Below, in pieces: positions 36,898 to 45,273 of a stretch of 53,542 bases of DNA. The position numbers and the translations under genes are program-made. The stretch covers positions 1 through 53,542 of the forward strand of contig JACXWA010000062.1 in the NCBI GenBank assembly GCA_014764485.1, in the 5' to 3' direction. The notes below the pieces were generated by a model that did not search any database, was not told the DNA's origin, and was given only the letters and a program-made list of their open reading frames with translations. Source of the DNA: Candidatus Sulfomarinibacter kjeldsenii (GTDB lineage Bacteria > Acidobacteriota > Thermoanaerobaculia > Thermoanaerobaculales > Sulfomarinibacteraceae). Each line of letters starts with the position of its first letter. Within the stretch, counting starts at the first letter, position 1.

Positions 36898-38181
36898 ATG
36901 CTCGCCCGCGATCTATTCCGCAACGACCCCGAGCGGATCCGTACCATGCTTGCCGAGCGCCACACTGAGGCGAACCTCGATCGTCTTCTCGAGGTCGACG
37001 CTTCGTGGCGGGACGTGCTGGTACAGGTCGAGGAGCTCAAAGCACGCCGCAACGCCGGTTCGAAGGAGATCGGTGGTCTGTATCGAGAAGGGCGTCAGGA
37101 CCAGGCTGAAGAGTTGAAGACTGAGATGTCCACACTCGGAGAGGAAATCAAGGACCTGGAGGGTCGCGCCAAGGGCTTCGAGGCCGAGCTTGGCGAGCTC
37201 GAGCTTCAGATCCCCAATCTCTTCGACGAGAGCGTTCCGGTCGGGGTCGATGAGGACGCCAACCGGGTCGAGCGGATCTGGGGTGAACACCCCGAGTTCG
37301 ACTTCGAGCCCAAGGCTCACTGGGACCTCGGCCCGGAACTCGGGATGGTTGATTTCGAGCGTGCTGCCAAGATCGCCTCGAGCCGATTCGCGGTCCTCCG
37401 CGGAAAGGGAGCGGCGCTCGAGAGGGCATTGATCTCCTACATGCTCGATGTTCACACAGGCCATCACGGCTATACCGAGATCATCCCGCCATACCTCGTC
37501 AATTCTGCCTCGCTCTTCGGTACCGGTCAGCTGCCGAAGTTCGCCGACGATCTATTCCGCGTGAAAGACTTCGACCTTTACCTCGTGCCCACCGCCGAGG
37601 TGCCGTTGACCAACCTCCATCGTGACGAGACTCTTGACGAATCGGAGCTTCCGGTTCGCTACTGTGCCTCCACACCTTGTTTCCGCGCCGAAGCCGGTTC
37701 GCATGGGCGCGACGTTCGTGGTCTGATCCGCCAGCACCAATTCCACAAGGTGGAATTGGTTCAATTCGTTCGGCCCGAGGAATCATGGGACCGTCTCGAG
37801 GAGCTCTGCGGACACGCCGAGGCAGTGCTTCAAGGACTCGAGCTTCCGTACCGTGTCGTCACCCTGGCGAGCGGCGACCTCGGTTTTTCAGCCGCCAAGA
37901 CCTACGACCTCGAGGTCTGGCTGCCGGCCCTCGGCTGCTACCGAGAAATCTCGTCCTGCACCAACTTCACCGACTTTCAGGCCCGCCGCGCACATCTCCG
38001 CTTCCGGCCCTCCCAGGGTGGAAAATCACGCCACCTTCACACCCTTAACGGCTCCGGGCTCGCCGCTGGCCGCACCATGGTGGCGGTACTCGAAAACTAC
38101 CAGCAAGCCGACGGCTCGGTCGTCGTGCCCGACGTCCTCCGCCCTTACATGGGCGGCCTCGAGGTCATTGAACCCCAGTAG
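36898..38181 (+). CDS. serS: Serine--tRNA ligase
   Basis: ATG 36898 is 6 nt after [21 protein letters not shown], coiled-coil arm, [29 protein letters not shown]. Confidence 0.95.
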   Translation: MLARDLFRNDPERIRTMLAERHTEANLDRLLEVDASWRDVLVQVEELKARRNAGSKEIGGLYREGRQDQAEELKTEMSTLGEEIKDLEGRAKGFEAELGELELQIPNLFDESVPVGVDEDANRVERIWGEHPEFDFEPKAHWDLGPELGMVDFERAAKIASSRFAVLRGKGAALERALISYMLDVHTGHHGYTEIIPPYLVNSASLFGTGQLPKFADDLFRVKDFDLYLVPTAEVPLTNLHRDETLDESELPVRYCASTPCFRAEAGSHGRDVRGLIRQHQFHKVELVQFVRPEESWDRLEELCGHAEAVLQGLELPYRVVTLASGDLGFSAAKTYDLEVWLPALGCYREISSCTNFTDFQARRAHLRFRPSQGGKSRHLHTLNGSGLAAGRTMVAVLENYQQADGSVVVPDVLRPYMGGLEVIEPQ

Positions 38182-38200
38182 CCACCGAGGGGTTGGTTTT

Positions 38201-38339
38201 TCACCGCCAAGACACCAAGAGCACCAAGAAAATCTTTGGGTCTCGAACACTCGACCACCGTTGGCGTCAACGCTGATGAACCCCTCATCCGCCTCATCTT
38301 AAAAGGGCCTCCTTGGTGTCCTTGGTGACTTGGTGGTGA
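38201..38339. repeat. Long imperfect inverted repeat with tandem (R)CACCAAG arms
   Basis: Left arm tcaccgccaagacaccaagagcaccaag (38201-38228). Right arm cttggtgtccttggtgacttggtggtga (38312-38339). 24 of 28 positions are complementary, with an 83-nt loop. Lies between convergent serS and the HD gene. Confidence 0.75.
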
Positions 38340-38354
38340 GAATGGGCGAGGGGC

Positions 38355-38942
38355 CTACTCTGGTGGAGGGAGTTCCAACTGGTCGGAGATGGTCGCCATC
38401 GCGTCGCGCACGAACTCGATGTGCTCGCCGAGATCGACCTCCAACTGTTCCGCGCCAACTCGAACGTCGTCGCGATTGACACCACGGGCGAAAGCCTTGT
38501 CCTTGAGTTTTTTCTTGACTGATTTCACCTTGACCTCGGCAATCGCCTTGTCGGGGCGCACCAGCGCACAGGCTGTGAGGAAGCCCGAAAGTTCGTCGAC
38601 GGCAAAGAGCGTCTTGGCGGCTCGGCTGTCTCGCGGTACGCCCATGTAGTCAGCGTGCGAGGCAACAATCCGCACCCACTCTTCCGGCCAGCCCCGTTCG
38701 CGGAGAATTCCGGTGCCGACATGAAGGTGGGTTTCCTCGGTAGGGTTCTGTTGATAGTCAAAGTCGTGGATCAGACCGATCGTGGCCCACATTTCCTCGT
38801 CTTCGTCGTACGACCGTGCGTACGCCCGCATCGCCGCCTCCACCCCAAGGGCGTGTTTGATCAGGCTCGGATTGTCTGTGTACTCCGTGAGCAGCGCCCA
38901 CGCATCCTCGCGAGTCGGTGTCTGGCTCATCGTCCCCTCCAA
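38355..38942 (-). CDS. HD-domain metal-dependent phosphohydrolase
   Basis: 195 aa. LIKHALGVEAAMRAYA and IGLIHDFDY (HD motif). Confidence 0.8.
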   Translation of the reverse strand: MEGTMSQTPTREDAWALLTEYTDNPSLIKHALGVEAAMRAYARSYDEDEEMWATIGLIHDFDYQQNPTEETHLHVGTGILRERGWPEEWVRIVASHADYMGVPRDSRAAKTLFAVDELSGFLTACALVRPDKAIAEVKVKSVKKKLKDKAFARGVNRDDVRVGAEQLEVDLGEHIEFVRDAMATISDQLELPPPE

Positions 38943-38970
38943 CGGGAGAGTATAACGCTCGCCCCTCGTT

Positions 38971-39000
38971 CGCGCCCCTGCCCGCGCCCGTACCCGTACC
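38971..39000. repeat. GC-rich tandem repeat (CGCGCCCNTNCC x2 + CGTACC)
   Basis: cgcgcccctgcccgcgcccgtacccgtacc read directly, 30 nt upstream of the HD gene start. Shares CGCGCCCG with the 27317-27340 repeat. Confidence 0.8.
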
Positions 39001-39099
39001 AGACAAGGCCATCACGGCCTTCTCTCTCCCGGCTTCGAAATGTGTTTAAGTAATTTTGCAATATGAACAAAGACTTCTGCTTAAATTGCAAAAATAGTC

Positions 39100-39128
39100 T
39101 TGACTTTTCTCATTTCAGATCACAAAAT
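39100..39128 (+). promoter_or_regulatory. Candidate sigma-70 promoter of glnA
   Basis: TTGACT (39100-39105), 17-nt spacer, CAAAAT (39123-39128), in an AT-rich stretch about 30 nt upstream of the glnA GTG. Flanked upstream by the 9-bp inverted repeat TTTTGCAAT / ATTGCAAAA (39054-39093). Confidence 0.35.
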
Positions 39129-39158
39129 CAACAAATCGACACGCCTGGAGGCAGCATC

Positions 39159-40399
39159 GTGCCAAAATCAGCATCCGACATCCTCGCGCACGCAAAAGAA
39201 GAAAAAGTTCATTTCCTGCGTCTTCAGTTCACCGACATCGACGGCATCATCAAAAACGTCGAGGTTCCCGAAAGCCAGTTCCAAAAGGCCCTCGACGGTC
39301 AGATCATGTTTGACGGTTCCTCCATTGAAGGCTTCACCCGCATCGAGGAGTCCGACATGCTCCTGGTACCTGACCTCGATACCTTCCAGGTCTTTCCCTG
39401 GGAGGCCAATCAAGGAAAGGTCGGGCGGTTGGTGTGTGACATTGCGACCCCGGACGGTACACCGTTCGCAGGCTGCCCGCGTGGCGCACTCAAGCGAGTC
39501 GTTGCCAAGGCAAAGGCGATGGGTTACGAGATGATGGCCGGCCCCGAGGCCGAGTTCTTCCTCTTTCAGCGCGACATGAATGGAGCCGCGATCCCAGCAA
39601 CCCATGACACTGGTGGTTATTTCGACCTCAGTCCGCGCGACCTCGGCGAGGAAGCGCGGAGGGACATCACGTTGGTACTCGAGGCGATGGGTCTGGAGGT
39701 CGAGGCCGCCCACCACGAGGTGGCACCAGGGCAGCACGAAATCGACTTCAAGTACGGCGAGGCCGTGGCCACCGCCGACGCTGTCGTGACCTTCCGCTTC
39801 GTGGTCAAAAAGGTCGCCCTGATGCACGGCCTTCACGCCACCTTCATGCCCAAACCGATCGCGGGGGTCAACGGTTCCGGCATGCACGTCCACCAATCTC
39901 TCTTCACTGCCGATGGCGGGAACGCTTTCTACGACGCGGATGGCTCCTGGCAGATGTCAAAGGTTGGCCAATTCTATATCGGCGGCCTACTCGACCACGC
40001 TCGCGCCTATGTTGCGCTGACCAACCCGCTGGTCAATTCCTATAAACGACTGGTGCCCGGTTACGAGGCCCCGATCAATGTCGCCTGGTCCGAGAAAAAC
40101 CGTTCGCCGATGGTGCGTGTCCCCGCGCGACGTGGCGTGGGCACCCGCTGTGAAGTGAGAATCCCAGACCCGTCCTGCAACCCGTATTTGGCGTTTGCGG
40201 CGATGCTTGCCTCGGGTCTCGACGGCATCGAGCGCGAGCTCCCCTGTGGCGAGCCAGTCAACCGCAACATATTCGACATGAGCCAGCGCGAGAAGAAGCG
40301 CCTCAAGATCCACCAGCTCCCGGCCAGTCTCGACGAGGCGCTCGACTTCATGGAGAAGGACAAGATGCTGCGCGAGGCCCTTACCTCGATCGGTACTGA
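39159..40399 (+). pseudogene. glnA: Glutamine synthetase type I with a deletion plus frameshift near the 3' end (about 40375-40382)
   Basis: GTG 39159 with a GGAGG RBS. FTDIDGIIKNVEV, GSGMHVHQSLF, NSYKRLVPGYEAP, RVPARRG. After ...LDFMEKDKMLREA the listed frame reads through to 40679 as nonsense antisense to the next gene. A +1 frame gives ...PYLDRY-TGA at 40397-40399, 20 nt before a terminator. Confidence 0.75.
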
Positions 40400-40418
40400 G
40401 CAGCCTCGTCTACGACAA

Positions 40419-40450
40419 GGCCCCGCTGAAACGACGGGGCCTATTTCTTT
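40419..40450 (+). terminator. Rho-independent terminator downstream of glnA
   Basis: GGCCCCG-ctgaaacga-CGGGGCC followed by TATTTCTTT. Confidence 0.7.
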
Positions 40451-40465
40451 CCAGACTGATGCGAA

Positions 40466-41057
40466 TCAGGGAAAAATCGACGGCCGAACGTTGACCCGAA
40501 CCTCGGCGACACCGGTGACGGTAGAGGCGACACCAATGATCTGTTCACGCACCTTGTTTTCCTGGGCTAGTGGCGCCTCGACATCGATGAAAACAACGCC
40601 ATCCGCCGCCGAAATACGGACACCCGGCCATTCGCAGATCACTGCGCTGCGCACGCGCGCCGCCAGCAGTAGATTTTGAAGAGCGGCCCGAGAAGCAACT
40701 GTCGTCTCGAAGCACGGGCTCGAGGAAGCCGTTTGGCAGATTATTTCAACCGCACATTCGACCTCCATGTCACAGACATTGATGACGAGGTCGTAGAGCG
40801 AGGAGTCGAGTGTGTCGATGCCGTAAAGTGAAAGGGCCCAGTGGCGGCGCTCGTCGTCATCCTTTTTAAGGATCCGCCGAGCCTCTTTTTCGCTGATCCC
40901 CTCGCGACTCATCTCGAGACCGACGCGATCGTCCATGCCGGCAATGATCCGAACCTTGAGCACATGGCCGACACCCCGAGTTCAACTTGGCGGCTACTTT
41001 TTCCGCGATTTCCTTGCCGCGCGAGTACGAGCCGCGTGAGATTGTGATGATGGCCAT
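40466..41057 (-). pseudogene. Cytidylate kinase-like family / BON-domain protein, internally deleted and frameshifted (about 40975-40990)
   Basis: ORF 40866..41057 begins MAIITISRGSYSRGKEIAEKVAAKL and then becomes nonsense. ORF 40466..40963, in another frame, reads (TRGVGH)VLKVRIIAGMDDRV...LYDLVINVCDMEVECAVEII plus a BON-like C-terminus. Aligned to the intact paralog at 41541, about 75-85 residues are missing. Confidence 0.75.
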
Positions 41058-41258
41058 TTTCTACGCTCCAGAATCTCGGGCTGCGGAGTGTAACACCACC
41101 GGTCCTGAAAAAAGAACTCCTCGATGGAACTGTTGGAGGCGAAATGTTACAAACGAGTAACATTGTGCAACCAAAACAGAATCCAACCCTCGCCCCCGCA
41201 TCGCGCTCGAATTGTCGAAGAATCAGAGAGTTGCGCTGCCAGTTCCAAATCCAACCCG

Positions 41259-41273
41259 TGGCACACATTTTGC
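41259..41273 (+). promoter_or_regulatory. Sigma-54 (-24/-12) promoter
   Basis: TGGCAC-ACATT-TTGC, with GG at 41260-41261 and GC at 41272-41273 (GG-N10-GC). Points toward the CDS at 41541, about 255 nt downstream. Confidence 0.6.
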
Positions 41274-41540
41274 GGGGTTTCTCGGTGGCCCCGGTGCCGT
41301 GAATGATCGTGTTCCGAACCGCACAACGGTCATCCCTCCGACACGAGGCAGTGTTGTTTCAAACCAGTGAATCCGGCGCCCTCGTGGCGAGGTGGCATCG
41401 CGTCCGTGACGCGAGGCGGGTTTCGACCGCAAAAAGAGCCCTGGTGAGACGACTCACGATCACTCCGATCACAGCCAAGGCGTACACTGGTCCGACCACC
41501 GGTCCTCGACCGGAGAGTTAGCAACGGGGGTTCTGAATCC

Positions 41541-42968
41541 ATGCCCATCATTACGATTTCTCGGGGATCCTGCAGCGGCGGCGCACGATTGGCGGATGAG
41601 TTACACAGAGTCCTCGGCTGGGACGTCCTCAGCCAGGAGGACGTGTCAACCGCCGCGGCCAAAACCTACCGGATGACGGAACAGGAGCTCTTTCGCGGGC
41701 TCTACCTGCCGGCCAATTTCTTCGAACGCTTCACCCACCGCAAGACCCGATACCTCCTCGCCACTCAAGCGACGGTCACCGAGCTTCTCGCTGACGGGAA
41801 CGGCATCTACCACGGGCTCGCCGGACAATTCCTATTCGCCGACCTGTGCAACGCATTCAAGGTGCGGATCGTTGCGCCGATGAGTTATCGGATCGAGACC
41901 GCGATGCAGCGATTCGGTTTGAAGAAGGACGAGGCCAGACGACATATCAAAGACGCCGACGAATACCGTTCTCGGTGGGGCCGCCAGATTTTCCATGCCG
42001 ATATCGCCGATGCCGACCTCTATGACCTGGTCGTCAACCTCGAACACGTCAGTATCGATAGGGCCGCAACGATGATCGCCGAGCTCATGGAGGGCGACGA
42101 CTATCAGCCCACCCCACAGTGTGTCCAGGACTTCCGGGATTTCGCACTCGAACGACGGGTGAGGGCAGAGCTCTTTTTCAATTCGCCCTTCACTCCCGAA
42201 ATCGCGCACGTCGAGACCCGAAACTCCGAGGTCACGCTCTCCGGGGGCAAATCGTTTGCGGCGTCCGAGAATGGGCTGATCGATTTTGTCGCCAAGATCC
42301 GCGGGGTCGAGAAGGTCACGACTGATCACGGGACCGTCGGCGCCGTCGACATCCGGCTCGACCCCGACTTCGCCCTTTCATCACGCGAAGCGAAGGCAGG
42401 CGACGTCATGTTGCCTCCTGAGAATTACCCGCACTGCAGGCTGACCTGTACCGTCCGCGAGGCGATCGTGGCCCTCAGTGCATCGGCCGTCAAGCTCCAG
42501 GACGGCTACATCATGCTGCCTCGCTACGTCCTGGTCCTTGATGACGACGACCGCCTGGTGGGCGTGGTCAGCCGTCGCGAGCTTCTCAAGGGCCTGATCC
42601 CCCACCTCCATGAAGATCGAGAGGCCGCGGCCCACATCAGAGAGTTGGTTCCCTTCGGCGGCAGCATGCCAACCGAGCTGTCGATTCGCTGGACTTCGTT
42701 GTTCTCACGTTCGGCGATCGAAGCTTCGATGATGCCCATTCAGTCTGTTATGGTGCCGATCAAGGGCACTGTCCAGGTCAACGACACGTTGTCGACGGTC
42801 ATCTCGACAATGCTCTTCCACAGGGTGGACCTGGTGGCAGTCCTCGATGGCGAGAAGGTGGCGGGTGTGGTTCTGATGACCAACATCTTCGACATCGTCG
42901 CCCAGTTCATCATGGAGTACGGACAGCCGCCCGCCGCCGATAGTGGCAAGGGCGGCAACGATGGCTGA
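41541..42968 (+). CDS. Cytidylate kinase-like family + BON + tandem CBS domain protein
   Basis: 475 aa. MPIITISRGSCSGGARLADEL (P-loop-like), KVRIVAPMSYRIETAMQRFGLKKDEARRHIKDADEYRSRW, a BON-like middle, and a C-terminal CBS pair (VLVLDDDDRLVGVVSRRELL; LVAVLDGEKVAGVVLMTNIF). Confidence 0.8.
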   Translation: MPIITISRGSCSGGARLADELHRVLGWDVLSQEDVSTAAAKTYRMTEQELFRGLYLPANFFERFTHRKTRYLLATQATVTELLADGNGIYHGLAGQFLFADLCNAFKVRIVAPMSYRIETAMQRFGLKKDEARRHIKDADEYRSRWGRQIFHADIADADLYDLVVNLEHVSIDRAATMIAELMEGDDYQPTPQCVQDFRDFALERRVRAELFFNSPFTPEIAHVETRNSEVTLSGGKSFAASENGLIDFVAKIRGVEKVTTDHGTVGAVDIRLDPDFALSSREAKAGDVMLPPENYPHCRLTCTVREAIVALSASAVKLQDGYIMLPRYVLVLDDDDRLVGVVSRRELLKGLIPHLHEDREAAAHIRELVPFGGSMPTELSIRWTSLFSRSAIEASMMPIQSVMVPIKGTVQVNDTLSTVISTMLFHRVDLVAVLDGEKVAGVVLMTNIFDIVAQFIMEYGQPPAADSGKGGNDG

Positions 42969-44535
42969 AAACGTAACCACCACCAGTGCCGAAACTGGCT
43001 CGAAATCCCGCCGCCGCTGGACGATTCGATTTCGGAGGAAACCCGAGTCGACCGTTGACTGGAAACGCCTCTTCTTTCTCCTTCTCGGTGTTTCGCTTTT
43101 CTTCGCAGTTTTCTTTTCACCGGCGTGGCCGGACGCAATCGATCCAATGGGGGAGGCTTTCGAGCTCAGTTCTCAGGGCAAGGCAGCGCTCGGCCTGTTT
43201 CTCCTGGCTGCCGTGTGGTGGGTCTTTGAGGTGGTGCCGATCGGTGTCACCAGCATCACGATTGCAGTCACCCAGGCGCTCTTTCTGATCCGTCCAGACG
43301 TGATGCTGGTTGGAGGAGACGCTCCAGTCGGTGGCGCCGAGTTGGCGTTCAAGGAGTTCATGCACCCCTCGGTCTGGTTCATCTTCGGTTCAATCGTCAT
43401 CGGCATGGTTTTTACAAAGACCGGTCTCACCAAACGATTGGCGTACAAGATGCTGGTCCTGGTCGGTGAGAAGACGAGCCGGATCTACCTCGGCTGCTTC
43501 GTCATGACCGCCGTCCTGACGCACGTCATGGCCCATACCGCGGTCGCCGCGACGATCTTTCCGCTGCTGGTCGCGATCTACCGTCTCTATGAAGAGGGTG
43601 ACGAGCCGACCAACTTCGGCAAGGGGCTGTTCATGGGAATGGCCTTCGTCGCCGGAGCCGGTAGCATCGTCACGCTGCTCGGCGCGGCCCGCGGCGCGGT
43701 GGCCCTCGGTTTCTACAAAGAGATCACCGGTCGGGACGTAAGCTTTTTCGGCCTCACCTGGTACATGTTCCCGATCGGTTGGGTGATGGTCTTTGTCTTG
43801 TGGGCCTTTTTCATGGTCTATTACAAACCGGAGCGCGCATCGATCCCGGGTCTTCGCGAACGAGCAAAGGACCTCTACACGCGCCTGGGGCCGATCACCG
43901 CCAAAGAGATCCAGGCCGCAGTCATCGTCCTCGGGGCGGTTTCAGTCATGAGCCTGCGATCGTTCATTCCGGCGCTCAAGAGCGTCGACAAGAGCGGGGT
44001 GATTCTGCTCGCGACGGTGCTCTTCTTCGTCCTCAAGATCCTCGACATCGGCGACCTCGAGAATGTGCCGTGGAATATCATCCTGCTCTTTGGCGGAGCG
44101 ATGAGTCTCGGCTACTGTCTCGTGCTGACGGGCGCTGCCGACTGGCTCGCCATCAACACGGTTTCGATGCTCAAGACCGCCCCGGCCCTGGTCTTCATTC
44201 TCGGCATGACGTTCTTCGTGATGATCATGACGAATCTGATCATGAACGTCGCCGCCATCGCTATCTGCCTGCCGGTGGCTCTCAAGGTCGCACCGTATCT
44301 CGGAGTCGGGGGCGAGGTGATTTTGTTCAGCGCGCTGGTCGTGGCCGGCATGCCATTTCTTCTTCTGGTGGGCGCGGCACCGAATGCCATCGCCTATGAG
44401 AGCAAACAGTTCACCTCGGGCGAGTTCTTCAAAGCAGGAATACCGGCCTCGCTGCTGCTGATGGTTGTTGTGGCCATCTTCGTCATATTCATCTGGCCGG
44501 TGATGGGCATGGAGGTGCTCATTCCGACCCAGTGA
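42961..44535 (+). CDS. DASS/SLC13-type anion transporter (ArsB/NhaD permease superfamily)
   Basis: ATG 42961 overlaps the upstream stop by 8 nt. About 12-14 hydrophobic segments with duplicated hairpin-type motifs. Substrate cannot be assigned from the sequence. Confidence 0.75.
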   Translation: MAENVTTTSAETGSKSRRRWTIRFRRKPESTVDWKRLFFLLLGVSLFFAVFFSPAWPDAIDPMGEAFELSSQGKAALGLFLLAAVWWVFEVVPIGVTSITIAVTQALFLIRPDVMLVGGDAPVGGAELAFKEFMHPSVWFIFGSIVIGMVFTKTGLTKRLAYKMLVLVGEKTSRIYLGCFVMTAVLTHVMAHTAVAATIFPLLVAIYRLYEEGDEPTNFGKGLFMGMAFVAGAGSIVTLLGAARGAVALGFYKEITGRDVSFFGLTWYMFPIGWVMVFVLWAFFMVYYKPERASIPGLRERAKDLYTRLGPITAKEIQAAVIVLGAVSVMSLRSFIPALKSVDKSGVILLATVLFFVLKILDIGDLENVPWNIILLFGGAMSLGYCLVLTGAADWLAINTVSMLKTAPALVFILGMTFFVMIMTNLIMNVAAIAICLPVALKVAPYLGVGGEVILFSALVVAGMPFLLLVGAAPNAIAYESKQFTSGEFFKAGIPASLLLMVVVAIFVIFIWPVMGMEVLIPTQ

Positions 44536-44579
44536 GAAAAGGGATCTTCTGAATCGAGGTCATACGCAGGAGGTACAGA

Positions 44580-45218
44580 TTGCCGACTTCAAAACTGATC
44601 TCAGGGTATCGAGAGTTCAGGGATAAGTTCGACTCAGAGCACGAGGTCTTCGAAAGGCTGGCCGAAGAGGGTCAGAATCCAAAGGTCCTGTGGATCGGTT
44701 GCGCGGACTCGCGGGTAGTACCTGAGCTGATCACCGGCGCCGATCCGGGCGAGCTCTTCGATGTGCGCAACATCGCCAATGTGGTCCCGCCCGCCGCCTC
44801 CGCCGCATGCGCAACTGGCGCCGCGGTAGAGTACGCAGTGATCCACCTCAATGTGAGTCACATCGTTATCTGTGGCCACACCGATTGCGGCGGCATCAAG
44901 GCCCTGGAGGCATCGCCGGATCCGGGGAGTCAGCCCCATATCACCTCGTGGCTCGAGCTCGCCAGACCGGCCCGCGACCGCGTTCTCGGCTCCGACGTTG
45001 CCGAGGAAGATCGGTACTTGGAGACAATCAAAACCAACGTGCTCATGCAGTGTGAAAACCTGCGGTCCTACCCTTGCGTTGCCGACGGCGAGCAATCGGG
45101 CGGCCTGTCGATCCATCCCTGGTTGTACGACCTGTTCACCGGCGACGTCCTGGAATTCGACCAGGACTCCGGGACCTGGGGTACCATCGCCGAATCCGCC
45201 GCAGGCTTGGAAACCTAG
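44580..45218 (+). CDS. Beta-class carbonic anhydrase
   Basis: TTG start 7 nt after AGGAGG. Zinc ligand motifs GCADSRV and GHTDCGG. 212 aa. Confidence 0.88.
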   Translation: MPTSKLISGYREFRDKFDSEHEVFERLAEEGQNPKVLWIGCADSRVVPELITGADPGELFDVRNIANVVPPAASAACATGAAVEYAVIHLNVSHIVICGHTDCGGIKALEASPDPGSQPHITSWLELARPARDRVLGSDVAEEDRYLETIKTNVLMQCENLRSYPCVADGEQSGGLSIHPWLYDLFTGDVLEFDQDSGTWGTIAESAAGLET

Positions 45219-45273
45219 CAACACCGTCGTTATCCCTCGAACGCGGCACTCGATTGGGAGTTCATTCTCGACA

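Noticed and set aside
39063-39158. Longer glnA N-terminus from ATG 39063 (MNKDFCLNCKNSLDFSHFRSQNQQ...)
   Set aside because: This stretch is AT-rich promoter-like DNA containing the inverted repeat and the -35/-10 elements. GTG 39159 has a GGAGG RBS and begins exactly where GS homology (SASDILAHAKEEKVHFLRLQFTD) starts.
41303-41521. 72-codon ORF inside the sigma-54 leader
   Set aside because: The translation is Arg/Thr/Ala-rich, there is no RBS, and no homology was recognised. More likely untranslated leader RNA.
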